Source: Toensbergia leucococca
Taxonomy: Eukaryota
Direction of reading: 5' to 3'
Assembly: GCA_022813965.1 (NCBI GenBank)
Contig: JALDZS010000013.1
Coordinates: 1 to 64,000 of the forward strand
Length of the DNA stretch: 64,000 nt
Shown here: positions 1 to 11,619 of the stretch, piece after piece
How positions within the stretch are numbered: the first letter of the stretch is position 1
Layout: every line of letters begins with the position of its first letter
Notes under the pieces: model-generated
What the model saw: only the letters and a program-made list of their open reading frames with translations
The model's database searches: none
Told to the model about the DNA's origin: nothing
Translations under genes and position numbers: made by a program

Positions 1-80
1 GGGGGGGGGGGGGGGGGGGGGGGGGGGTGATGGCTCGTTGGTTGGTTTTTTTTTTTCTTTTTTTTTGTTGTGGGGGAAAG
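1..80. repeat. Low-complexity poly-G and poly-T tracts
   Basis: Run of 27 G at the window start, followed by T runs. Confidence 0.9.
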
Positions 81-312
81 GGGTCGTTTTTACATAAATG
101 GAACGGACGGGAGAGCTCATGTGGGGGGGCGAAGAAATTCGTAGTACGGAGTAGGGAATTTGGATTTCATGTCAATAGCCTTTGCCGCTGGCCTGTTTTT
201 CTCTGATTGAAGAATGTTGGGTGGCATAGAACGAGATATAGCAGCTAGTATGTACCAAACCATAGGATAAGAAGTCAGGTATCCAACATAATATCCCCAC
301 ACACACACAAAC

Positions 313-1398
313 TCAAACCTCAAGCACAAGCTTCGTGCCACTAACCCCCTCCTTCAACTCATCCAAGCCCTTATTCACCGCCTCCAAACCCCCCTCAACA
401 ACCTGAATCTTCGGACTCGGCACAAACTCCCCCTTCTCCAACTTCTCCTTCAACCAAACATTGAACACATACCGGAAAGACTCAGTCCTCGCCTCCTCAC
501 CCTCGGGCGCCAAAACAAACTTCACCTCCACGCCCTCCACAGCAGGCGAGCCCTCCGCCATCGGTTTCGCCGACGCCAACTCCGCCGAGCCCTCTCCCTT
601 CAATTCCTTCAAAATCGCCGTACAGGACTCGGTCTGACCAGCGGCGTCAAAACCCTTCTGGATCGTGACCCCGTCCTCCTTGGCTGCCTTGACGAGACTA
701 GCCACCACGTCCTTGCTTCTGTAATCAAACACTTTGCTCGCTCCCAGACTCTTAAGGTACTCGTGATGCTTCTCACTCGCCGTGGCATACACGCTGAACC
801 CCATCGATCTCGCAACCTGAATCGCCGCGCTCCCAATGCTGCTCGCGCCGCCCCAGACTAGCATTCCCTTTTTGTCCGCAGCAGTGTAGGCGGTGTCGCG
901 TGCTATACCAATACTGTACCACCCCGCCCAGGTCGTCGCTACGGCCATGGGAAGTAGACTTGCCTCGTTGAAGCTCATCGCCTGCGGCAATGGCACTACG
1001 TTCGCAGTGGGTACGAGCACACGGGTCTGGAGGGCGCCGTAGTCTGGGGCTCCCTGCTTGTAGTAACAGGGCGCGAAGGCGGCAACGCGGGTGCCCGGCT
1101 TGGGAGCGGAAGAGGCGACAGAGGAACCTGCAGAAAGAACGGTGCCAGCGATGTCGGAGCCTATGATGGCGGGGTAGGAAGCGATTTCAAAGCCAAAATC
1201 GCGCATGAAGTAGTCGATAGGATTGAGGGCGATAGATTTCACTTCAATGAGGAGATCGTTGGGACCTGGGGTGGGGGTTGGGCGGTGGGTGAGTTCAAGA
1301 GGGGAGCCTTTGGAGGGGAGGATGGCGGCGAGATGTTCGCCTGAGGGGGCGGGGGTGCCCATGACCTTTTGTTTGATGTCGTTGATGATTTCGGACAT
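313..1398 (-). CDS. MDR-superfamily NAD(P)H oxidoreductase, enoyl-reductase-like, single exon, 361 aa
   Basis: Motifs IEVKSIALNPID, YPAIIGSDIAGTV, the Rossmann segment LVWGGASSIGSAAIQVA and a C-terminal GVSGTKLV. Confidence 0.9.
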   Translation of the reverse strand: MSEIINDIKQKVMGTPAPSGEHLAAILPSKGSPLELTHRPTPTPGPNDLLIEVKSIALNPIDYFMRDFGFEIASYPAIIGSDIAGTVLSAGSSVASSAPKPGTRVAAFAPCYYKQGAPDYGALQTRVLVPTANVVPLPQAMSFNEASLLPMAVATTWAGWYSIGIARDTAYTAADKKGMLVWGGASSIGSAAIQVARSMGFSVYATASEKHHEYLKSLGASKVFDYRSKDVVASLVKAAKEDGVTIQKGFDAAGQTESCTAILKELKGEGSAELASAKPMAEGSPAVEGVEVKFVLAPEGEEARTESFRYVFNVWLKEKLEKGEFVPSPKIQVVEGGLEAVNKGLDELKEGVSGTKLVLEV

Positions 1399-1711
1399 GG
1401 TGGGTGGGTTGATTTGTTCTAGTGGGGTGTGATTGATGTGGTTTGGTATGGTGAGATATAGAAAGCAAGGGATAAGTTATTGCATTGAGTGAAATGAGAG
1501 AAAGCAATGAGTTTTATAGATGTTAGATCTTGCACGTCGGAGGATGATTAGAATACTTCCGTCGCGGATCTGTCTTAACGCCGACCCTGATCCTGGACTG
1601 GAGCATCTCAAATTGCATCTGCAGAGATGATTCCATTACCTACCTTACCTTATTCTATCAAGTACTTGCCTGATCTGTTAATTCCGAATGGCCAAGTGGG
1701 CGGGCGATTGC

Positions 1712-1744
1712 GTGGGTGAGGTGGGTGAGGTGGGTGAGGTGGGG
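1712..1744 (+). repeat. Tandem 9-mer (GTGGGTGAG)x3 plus GTGGGG; potential G-quadruplex
   Basis: Read directly. Four G3+ tracts with 6-nt loops in a divergent promoter region. Confidence 0.8.
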
Positions 1745-2231
1745 TTATGCCTCTAACTCCGCTTCACTTACGGAGACGGATGCGACTGCTACCCGTAAAT
1801 AATAGAATATCTGCTAGAATACTCTAACTATTCTAAATTGGGTTAGGAGTTGCGTCAGGAGGACAACGAAAAATCTGAGCGAGCTTTCGATTTCCTGAAG
1901 TCAAGTATTTTTAATCAACTTGAAAGTGTATTTCTGCTTGATTTTCGGTCTCAAGATATGAACCTTCTTGTCTGCGTTGCTATTGATGTTGATGTTGTTG
2001 TTTATTCAAACTTGTTGTCACGGTCAAGCCATTCGCGAAATATTCTAGAACTACGGAATACTAGGGCTCGAGCTTCCGCTCCTTCCTTATTGGGCAATGT
2101 AAATATCATTCGTCATCTACTCCATTTGATCTGAGACACTTGATACTGAACCTCGAGATGAATTATATTTCTTTTTACTACTCCAAATGAACGCCATTTT
2201 CAACTAAAATATCCATCACCGTAAATCGAAA

Positions 2232-3808
2232 ATGACAAAACAACTACCACAACGCACTCCTCTTCCCCCTCAAGAACCTACTCTCCAACCATCACTCGAA
2301 CCCAGCCATCCCCTACCAACCTCACCAAACACAACCTCCGAAGTCAAGCCCGAGTCATACACCAAACCCTTTCTATCCTTCATATCAGACAACCCCACCG
2401 TCTTCCACGCAGTCACCCACTTCTCTCAACAACTCGAATCCCACGGCTTCGCCCAACTCTCAGAGCGAGAAAGTTGGTCGCTTTCCAAAGGCGGCAAATA
2501 CTATGTCAAACGTAACGGTAGCGCTCTGGTCGCCTTCGTGGTCGGGAAAGACTACAAATCAGGCAACGGTGCAAGTATTATCGCAAGTCACGTCGACGCC
2601 CTGACGGTGAAATTAAAGCCGATACCGAAGCTTACTCCTAAAGCGGGCTATTTGCAGCTGGGAGTTGCGCCGTATGCCGGTGGCTTGAACAGTACGTGGT
2701 GGGACCGCGATCTGGGAATCGGGGGAAGAGTGCTGGTCAAGGATGGTGAGACTGGGAAGATTATGGAGAAGTTGGTGAAGCTTGGATGGCCTATCGCTAA
2801 GATTCCGACTTTGGCTCCACATTTTGGCGCGGCTGCGAATGGGCCTTTCAACAAAGAAACAAACATGGTGCCTATTATCGGGCTAGAGAGTACGTCCCCA
2901 AACTCAGCCGAAGGGGAAGGTCGTAAGATGAGTGTGTTGGGAGGTGAAGGAGCATTTACCGCCACACAACCAGAGAAATTGGTAAAGGCAATAGCTGGAG
3001 AGCTGAACATTCAAGACTGTAAGTCGCCTCTAAGAGGGTACCTAGATTGCCTGAAGCCTAAAGTCCCTTAGACAGTAGCATCATAAATTGGGAGCTTGAA
3101 CTCTTCGACACCCAGCCCGCCCAACTCGGCGGTCTCGAAAAAGAATTCATCTTCGCCGGTCGTATCGACGACAAGCTCTGCGCCTACTCTGCAATTGAAG
3201 CCCTCCTCGCCTCCCCTTCTTCCTCCTCCCCCGGCACCCTCAAAGTCGTCGGCCTCTTCGATGACGAAGAAATCGGCTCTCTCCTCCGCCAAGGTGCCCG
3301 TGGCGACTTCCTCCCCAGTACCCTCTCCCGCATCTGCGAATGCTTGGCCGCCTCGGACAATACAAGCTGCGGCCCCAATCTCATCGCCCATACCAACGCC
3401 AATAGCTTCCTCATCTCTGCCGACGTCATACACGCTGTCAACCCCAATTTCCTCAACGCCTACCTAGAAAATCATTCCCCACAACTGAATGTCGGGCTAA
3501 CCGTGTCGGCCGATTCGAACGGCCACATGACTACCGATGCTGTTAGTACGGCTCTTTTGCAGCAGATTGCCGACAAGTGCGGTTCTACGCTGCAAGTCTT
3601 TCAGATTAGGAATGATAGCCGTAGTGGGGGGACTGTTGGACCGATGCTTTCGAGTGCGACTGGAATAAGGGCCGTGGATGCCGGATTGCCGCAGTTGAGC
3701 ATGCATAGCATTCGGGCCACGACGGGGAGTTTGGAGCCTGGGCTGGGAGTCAAGATCTTCAAGGGGTTTTTTGATCATTTCGAGGAGGTTGATGCAGAGT
3801 TTGTTTGA
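2232..3808 (+). CDS. M18-family aminopeptidase, vacuolar aminopeptidase I (Ape1/Lap4)-like; exons 2232-3018, 3072-3808
   Basis: Motifs NPTVFHAV, IASHVDAL, APYAGGLNSTWWDRDLG, PTLAPH, GRIDDKL, FDDEEIGS, SADVIHAVNPN, RSGGTVGP and QLSMHSIRA. Intron GTAAGT...CTTAG at 3019-3071 joins the frames. Confidence 0.93.
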
Positions 3809-5878
3809 TGGTGCTGGAGCGGTGTGCTAGTTTTCCACGAGGCCTTTTGTTCGTCTATGTTGTGTAAAAACCCCAGATATCCGATTTGCGATGTGATCTA
3901 GCGTATTAGATTACAATCTTTTGATCAAGATTGTTTGGACTGATTTGTTGAAAATATTCCTTATGAAGCAGAGGATTCTCATTTTCAAGTTATGTCCTAT
4001 GGAATTCTGAATTTTGAACTATTCCATGTCTTGGGGGTTTTCACGAGAAAGGTGAATTTAGACCATATCTAAATAGGTGCCTAGACTACTCCTCCGCTCT
4101 TTGCACCTTTGAATCAAGAAAGAGGATATGGGAAGGAGAAAGATCGAAATGACGGCTTGGAGGATTTGGATCTTCTGCCGCAAATTAGGTCTCTAACACA
4201 CGGACCTTTGACCCTGATGACGCTGATGAGATGGACAGTGAGGGCGAGCTGATATCTTATTGTGCGTGGATCGGGCAAGGGACCTTGTACGCTGAAACGC
4301 GCAGCCTCAGTTTTATGAACTTTTTCATTTTAGATTTCTCGGACCATTTCTTAAGGTTTGGGTACAGCCTGCGTGAGCTGGGGCATGTCTTCTTATGCCT
4401 GGTTGTATGGCTGTTGAAGTCTCGGATTTGGTTGGAGTTGGTTCACCGTTGATAAAAGGAGTAGAGTAGAGGGCATGGTAAAAGGGCGTACTCCTTTGTA
4501 TTCCGTTTTGTCGGTCTTGACTTCTGCAGACTCTTTTCATATTTGTCGTTGGATGAAACGACTGGATTCTTTGATTATCTACGAGTTTTTTTGATATTTT
4601 TATGCTGTTGGTGGATGTGGATGTGGATGTGGTACATGAAAATGCAACTCTTTCGCCTGGTGACAACGCTAGATACTGGGGAATAGGTTACTCATAGGCA
4701 CCCCAGCACAAGAGACCCGGAGCAGCATAAATTTAGCGTGGAGTTAGCTACTGCTCTTGAGCAGCTTCGGTGATCTTGGTTTTTTTTTTTTTTTGGAGGG
4801 TGGATGGTTGCGGTAAGGGGCGTTTCTGGTTGATGTCTTTCTTTTGACTCTGGGATGGGGGGAGAGGGGAGGAGACGCAATGTCAAGTTTCCCCCAATGT
4901 TTTGAAAAGGTGGAGAGAAAAGAAAATGGGCTCCGAGTTCGAATATCAGGAACCGATTGGTGCATACGGTATAAACCTTGCTGCTCAGCTCGTTGCTTAT
5001 AAATTTGGCAAGGTCGATATGTTTCAAGGCTCAATTTTCTTCTTGTTTTTTTTATGCAACAAATGCGTAGAAGTGAGGTCTCTTTCTTAAAATTAGGCTG
5101 TCATTTCAGGTGGTTTAATTAATCATGGATACATGATTCTGTAATTTCTGACTGGTGGATTGGCTAACAATGGTTTAACCTCTGTCTGCCTCAGCACCTC
5201 TTTGGCATCGCGATTGCTGTCTGGGATGACCGTGGGGATGCTGTTTCGAAAAAGTGAGATATCAAGAGTTTTGAACGAGGTTGGCAATTATATATGAAGC
5301 AATGATGCAGGTGAAGCGGCGAATAGATAGCCCCAATTTTGCAGATTTGGGCTCCCGGCCATGGGTAGACTACCATGAAATGAATAGAGACCTTGCTAGT
5401 AGAGGATATGTTGTTGTTGAGAATTGAGTACCACTGGTGTCAACGCTTGTACAGGTGCTTTCTAATGTTGTTAGCTCAAATAGGATTGATGTCGATCTAA
5501 CAATGACGACACCAGATTTGAATCAAACCTTGCATCAATGCACGTACTTACGACCCAGCGCGTCGTAACCCCCTTTACCAGCTATTGGTGGGTCGAGTAG
5601 AGGTATTGCATCTTATCCTGAGCAAATCCCCTAATACTTTGCAGTGACCTAACTTTTATTTACGACGAGCTGGCCGAGGGACAGAGCAAGCGCATCCGCA
5701 ACGATAGGATGCGATGCAACGCATCGGGCCAATGGGTCTGAGCTCAACTGACGTTGTGATCATGACGACAATCGATGTAGGAGCAATGTCGTGCACAAGT
5801 ACTAGGATCGATTTGCCTAAATTTAATTGTGAGCTGAGATAACACGAAACGAACCTGTTCCACTCATTCTGATTCAGA

Positions 5879-6326
5879 ATGCCTCTTGTTAAGATTGATA
5901 TCATCAAGGGTGTGCGCACGCCCGAGCAGGTCAAGATGCTAGCGGACACGATCCAAAAAGTCATGCTTGAGTATTTTGCTGCTCCCACTCGAGATAGATA
6001 TCAGGTGAGAACATCACAATGGAAACACCAACAATTTGTAACATGTGAAATCCGTGTAGCTAATCACGCAACACGAACCGTATGAAATTATCTGCGAAGA
6101 CACCAATCTCAGATTTAGCCGTACGGAGAAATTGGTGTTCATTCAAATCTTTCAGCAGGGGAGGAATGCTGAGCAGAAGCAGGTGGTGTATGCAGCACTG
6201 GCGGAAATGTTGGAGAAGGAGTGCGGGGTGAAGGGAGAGGATTTGATTGTTAGCTGTGTGAGAAATGAGAAGGAGGATTGGAGCTTCGGCATGGGGAAAG
6301 CACAATTCTTGGATGGGGACTTGTAA
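5879..6326 (+). CDS. Tautomerase superfamily protein, malonate semialdehyde decarboxylase/cis-CaaD-like; exons 5879-6004, 6060-6326
   Basis: Starts M-P-L-V-K-I-D (catalytic Pro-1). Reads APTRDRYQ|LITQH, IQIFQQGR and EDWSFGMGKAQFL. Intron GTGAGA...GTAG at 6005-6059. Confidence 0.88.
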
Positions 6327-7370
6327 GTATTTTGGCCCATAGATAGTGCAGATTTGTGAGATGATGATCTGGATGTATGAAGAGCAAAGCTCGATCCACG
6401 AAACATGGAGTTTTGACGGCATTTTCTTTATGGCTACGGACAAAGGCTGAGGTCGTGATTGCCCCACGAGCTCCCATGTTCCAGGACATTGGTGGAGTGT
6501 GTGTTGTCGTCGATGATAGCGTATTGAATGCTAGGTAGTAGGTAGTAGGTAAGGTAGTGCGTACTGTGGATCTAGATATTCTAAGCTGGGGTTCAAGCAA
6601 GGCCCAACCCTCGCAAGGGTGGAGATTTACTCCTTGGGTAGTAGACTGGGGAAGGTGGGACGAGCCCAAAAGGGCCATCTAGCCACTGTCGGCAAAAGCC
6701 ATCTTCCTCGATCCAGAATGCCGACCCTGAATAGATAAGAAATTGGAGGTGAGGGAGCTGGACAATATCATCTTAGACAGTAATAGGCAGACAATAGTCT
6801 TGTGACTGGCTGATAGTCTGCATGCAGCAGCTGGGGCAATCTGGATTTCTGCAAGGCCGTCAAGCCTGCCCGCTGTGCCTCCCCCGTTCATGAGCATGTG
6901 AAGTGCTATTCTACGAGTACAGCTGTACAAGACCTTTCGATAGCCCACTTCAAGCTTCATGCAAAGCTGCCCTTCAATACTTGGTCAGCGGTGCCCTCCG
7001 AGGATTAACTGTCATTCAGCCCGTCACTTTACGAGTATTTGATCGTATCGACATTGTGTCTCACATCAGCTGAATTACCAAAGCAGAGAGGGAAAAAAGT
7101 AACTCTAACAGTTCGCCGCTGGTCCAAGACACAGCCAATAGCAAACTTCCCTGCTATTGAAGATTCAAATACTTATAAACAACGACACTTGCTCTCCTCG
7201 ACGTCAATGACATCGACGTGATCTTACTTACTTCGACCCTTATCACTATTCTACACAGAAAAAGTACAACCCCGCTGCTCACAGAGTACGACTACTGTAT
7301 TAAACCATCCCGCTTCACTGGCCACCCCCTGTATTCACAACTTCTTCCTGTCTCCAATCCCTCCCAAGCC

Positions 7371-8477
7371 ATGACGATGGTTGATACTCGCGGACCACCA
7401 AATCTGTACCAGCTTCCTGCCAGGAAACCTGTACCTGCTCCTCACTTCTCTTACAACAATGGCGGTATTCGGAATACCAACAAAGCCCTGCCTGATTCAC
7501 AATTACCTCCTTCGAGACCTTCCTATTCAGTACTTTCTCAAGCACCTCAATACTCGACTACTACATCCTCACCATCCTCCTACCAAACTACTGTCAACAC
7601 TGCTCGAACAACCCCTTCCATTGGCTTCGAGCCATCACGCACAAATTCTACAACCGCCACTTCAATCCGCCGCAGTACCTCTTCACGATCCGGAGCTTCG
7701 CTTACACCTACAAGCTACGTGGCTTTGATGCGGAAGCAAAAAGCAACAGTCTGGTGCGATCGTGGGCAGCACGAAGACCCGCGAATGTTGGCTCAGCAAA
7801 AGGCTGCCAAAATGCGAGCAACAATGGAGGTGGATGGTGGCATCTCGCAAGGCAGAACTAGCACAAGCGGAAGCATGGGTAGTGGCAGTCTGGGTGTTCG
7901 AAGTAAGATCCGCAATCATGTGGTATCGAAAGCTAGTGGCTACAGCTACTACCCTAATATGGTTGGAGGCGGAGTACCCATGCGACTGAGTGCTAGCGAA
8001 GTTGGGGATGAGGGCAATGACGAGGACGATGCAGATAGCCAAAGAAACCTTTACCACCAACGAACGAGTAGCGGAAGGAGCTCACTGGGCAGCAATAAAA
8101 GACTGAGCGCAACGAATTTGAGGCCACCGGCTAGGTATAGCCAGGGGAGTACACCGCCTAATGGGCAAGACGGTAGTCCGAATGAAGATATACCAGAATT
8201 AGAAGAGACACCTGTACCGGAAGAGCATCAACGGCAAGCTTCTGAAGGGAATTATTTCGTAAAGCCGACGGTTCATGGTGGAAGTGGGAGCTCATCGGAG
8301 AGGGAATCCAGTTTTGGGAATGTGGGAAACATGAATGCTCCTACAATTAGTAGCAAAAGAAGGGAAGATGGCGGCAAGAGTTCAGAGGAGCTTCGGAGGA
8401 GAGGGAGTGTGGATGAGAGAGCCCAAACAATGACTGGAGTGAGGTTATTTGTCGCAAATCCGGATTTGAGTGATTGA
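7371..8477 (+). CDS. Fungal hypothetical protein, Ser/Gly-rich and largely disordered
   Basis: Long ORF; first ATG at 7371 in context GCCATG. Contains conserved-looking blocks YVALMRKQKATVWCDR and ELRRRGSVDER...RLFVANPD. Confidence 0.75.
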   Translation: MTMVDTRGPPNLYQLPARKPVPAPHFSYNNGGIRNTNKALPDSQLPPSRPSYSVLSQAPQYSTTTSSPSSYQTTVNTARTTPSIGFEPSRTNSTTATSIRRSTSSRSGASLTPTSYVALMRKQKATVWCDRGQHEDPRMLAQQKAAKMRATMEVDGGISQGRTSTSGSMGSGSLGVRSKIRNHVVSKASGYSYYPNMVGGGVPMRLSASEVGDEGNDEDDADSQRNLYHQRTSSGRSSLGSNKRLSATNLRPPARYSQGSTPPNGQDGSPNEDIPELEETPVPEEHQRQASEGNYFVKPTVHGGSGSSSERESSFGNVGNMNAPTISSKRREDGGKSSEELRRRGSVDERAQTMTGVRLFVANPDLSD

Positions 8478-8956
8478 ATTTGTCCTTGTATATACGTGAC
8501 CTGCAATAGCAAGGGCGTTCAATTATCTGGCATTGGGGGTAATGTGCATTTTCCCTGCGGCCTGCACTGGGAGACTTCCTCCTCTACTTTGGCTCTTATT
8601 AGGACGAGCGTCACAGACGGACTGGCGAGACGCGATAACATTTACCTACCTTACCTATTCAATATTCCCCACCAGAACCAAGCTTTCTTTAAAGTGACAC
8701 GTTAATGTTCTTCTCCCCAGGGATTCGTTGAAGCACCTTTATTGTAATACGAGTACTCGGTAAGCCTGACTGCACCCACCAGCGTAGTACTTTCAGGACG
8801 ATTCGGCTTCTCTCCGTACGAAAATACAGGTAGTAGAGCTATCGCCCTATTTACAGGTACCCGTAACCCGTGTAGACGGTTGCAGCCCCAAGGTCGCAGC
8901 TACCTAGCTTACCCAGTTCTACCTACTCCGTACCCTCCTACCTTAGTGAAGCCACG

Positions 8957-8989
8957 CGGTTCCTTCGTGATCCGCTCCGAAACGCCAAT
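8957..8989 (+). promoter_or_regulatory. Candidate CGG-N12-CCG (AtrR-type Zn2Cys6) site plus CCAAT box upstream of ERG7
   Basis: CGG ttccttcgtgat CCG at 8957-8974 and CCAAT at 8985-8989, about 100-135 bp upstream of the ATG at 9092. Confidence 0.4.
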
Positions 8990-9091
8990 AAGCTCGAATT
9001 ATTGATGTCCAATCGAAATGCACCAAATTGTATATCTGTACGATGACAGCCATCAAAGGCCTGGTGCGGTGATTTTGAAAATCCTGCAAAC

Positions 9092-11519
9092 ATGGAAAAA
9101 GAGGCTCCTCTCACCCATGTCAACGGCTATGCTAGTTTCTCTGAAAAGGCTTCAAATGGGACAATACCCGTGACAGCTGCTAGAGGAGATGAGAAAACCG
9201 ACATTGAAAGATGGAGACTACTGGATGAAAGAGGTCGACAGACTTGGCACTACTTGACTACTGATGAAGAGGTTGAGGCGTGGCCGCAAAGCATAGTTGA
9301 TAGGCATCATCTTGGCTTACCCTTGGTAGGTGCCCAAAATTGCTCTGCTTACTCCGTCAAAAAGCTGACGAGAATGTACCTCTAGGATCTTCCAGACCTA
9401 CCACAGGCCAAAACGCCCAAGGCGTCTGCTTACAACGCTCTAGACTTCTTTTCCAAATTGCAGCTCCCGCCAGGGAATTGGGCTTGCGAGTATGGCGGTC
9501 CGTTGTTCCTTCTTCCTGGCCTTGTCATTACATGGTATGTCACCGAGACGCCAGTACCGGCCCCGTTCGCTACTGAGATAAAACGATACCTTTTCGCGAG
9601 ACAAAATCCCAAAGATGGAGGTTGGGGTTTACATATCGAGGGTGAAAGTTCGGTATTCGGAACAGCTATGAACTATGTGGTCCTCAGGCTTCTGGGTGCT
9701 AGCGAGGAGGATGAGAGGATGACAAAAGCACGAGGAACCTTACACCAGCTTGGAGGCGCAGTATACGGACCTCACTGGGCAAAATTCTGGCTGAGTGTAC
9801 TAGGCGTGATGGAGTGGGACGCGGTGAATCCTGTACCTCCGGAATTATGGTACAGCATATGGATGTCTCTAATTAGTGCAAAGATCTTTAGCTGACTATT
9901 CTATATAGGCTTCTTCCAGATTGGGTGCCAATAGCTCCATGGCGATGGTGGATACATATGCGTCAAGTTTTCTTGCCCATGACATATGTATACTCAAAGC
10001 GCTTCTCGTTCTCACCAACGCCTCTGACCCTGCAACTTCGCGAAGAGCTTTATACCCAATCATATCCTTTTATCAATTTTGCTGCACACCGTAATAGCAT
10101 TTCCCCTCGAGACAATTTTCATCCAAAGACGGCCATTCTCAGCACCATCAACTGGGCACTCGTCAATATATGGAACCCGTACGTTAGATTCAATTCGTTG
10201 GCTCAACGAGCGGAGACCTGGGTATTCGATTTAATCCGCCGCGAAGACGAGAATACTGACTTTGCTAACCTCGGTCCTGTCAATGGACCTATGAATCTTC
10301 TAGCTTGCTATATGCACGATGGTGCAGAGAGTTATTCTGTGAAGCGGCATCGAGAACGAATGCACGACTTTCTATGGATGAAACATGAAGGCATGCTAAT
10401 GAATGGTACGAACGGTGTACAAAGCTGGGATACCGCGTGGCTTATTCAAGCCGTCATCGGGGCCGGCCTTGCAGATGATCCAAAGTGGAAAAGTATGTTG
10501 GTGAAGGCGCTAGAGTTCATGGATGATCAGCAAATTCGAGAGGATTGTCAAGAGCAGGATCTCTGCTATCGACAAAGGCGGAAGGGGGCTTGGGCATTCA
10601 GTACTAAGGATCAAGGTTATACAGTCAGTGACTGTACAAGTGAGGCGCTGAAAGCTGTGATCATGTTGCAGCGGACACCTGGATTCCCTACATTGTTATC
10701 TGATGCTAGGATCAAAGATGCAATCGATACTCTATTAACGATGCAGAACTCGTCGGGAGGATTCTCAAGTTATGAGCCACGCAGAGGGTCAGAATATCTG
10801 GAGTACTTGAACGCGGCGGAAGTATTCGGAAGAATCATGGTCGAGTACGATTACCCCGAGTGCACTACAGCCGTCGTCACAGCACTGTCACTCTTCTCCA
10901 CGCACGATGCCGAATATCGGAAAAGCGACATCGCCAAAGCCAAAAACGGCGCTTTGAAGTACATTCGCAAAGCCCAACACGTCGACGGGTCTTGGTACGG
11001 TAGCTGGGGCATCTGCTTCACCTATGCCGGCATGTTTGCTCTCGAATCCCTAGCCTCCATCGGCGAGACTTATGACAACAGCACGCACGTTAAGAAAGGT
11101 TGTGATTTCCTCCTGAGCAAACAGATGCGTGACGGTGGGTGGGGAGAGAGCTATAGGAGTTGCGAGACGGGGATTTATACGCCGCATGAGAAGAGCCAGG
11201 TTGTGCAGACGTGCTGGGCTATTATTGGGTTGATGGAGGCGAAGTGTCCGGATAGAGGGGCTGTTGAGAAGGCGGTGAAGATGATCATGTCCAGGCAGGG
11301 GAGGAAAGGTGAGTGGGAACAGGAGGCTATTGAGGGGGTGTTCAATAAATCCTGGTGAGATTGTTTTTTCCCCCTTTTTTCTATTGGCTGGATGGAATAT
11401 GGTGGACTAATGATAGCTTGGGGGATAGCATGATTTCGTATCCCAACTACAAGTATATCTTCCCGATCAAAGCACTGGGATTGTTTGCGAAGCGGTATGG
11501 GGACTCGGAAATCTTGTGA
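9092..11519 (+). CDS. ERG7: Lanosterol synthase (oxidosqualene cyclase); exons 9092-9325, 9386-9849, 9909-11354, 11429-11519
   Basis: Motifs GRQTW, GNWACEYGGP, QW repeats (QNPKDGGWGLH, QHVDGSWYGSWG, QMRDGGWGE), WWIHMR, GTNG, QGYTVSDCTSE and the C-terminal FNKSCMISYPNY. Three GT-AG introns restore the frame. Confidence 0.96.
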
Positions 11520-11619
11520 GGAGGAAGAAGGCAGGAGGATTTCGTAGACGTGGAGCGGATTATCTCGTTGGTGGATGGCGGGGAGGAGATTGATGTTTGT
11601 AGCTATAGCTTTTGCGATT

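Noticed and set aside
2030..2052. Heat-shock element upstream of the aminopeptidase (TTCGCGAAATATTCTAGAA)
   Set aside because: The spacing does not give three contiguous nGAAn units.
4100..5400. Short ORFs or a possible ncRNA between the aminopeptidase and tautomerase genes
   Set aside because: No recognisable motif, splice model or RNA signature.
9092..11519. Triterpene biosynthetic cluster or novel cyclase around the oxidosqualene cyclase
   Set aside because: The residues are lanosterol-type (GTNG, QGYTVSDC, NKSCMIS), and there are no adjacent P450 or acyltransferase genes.
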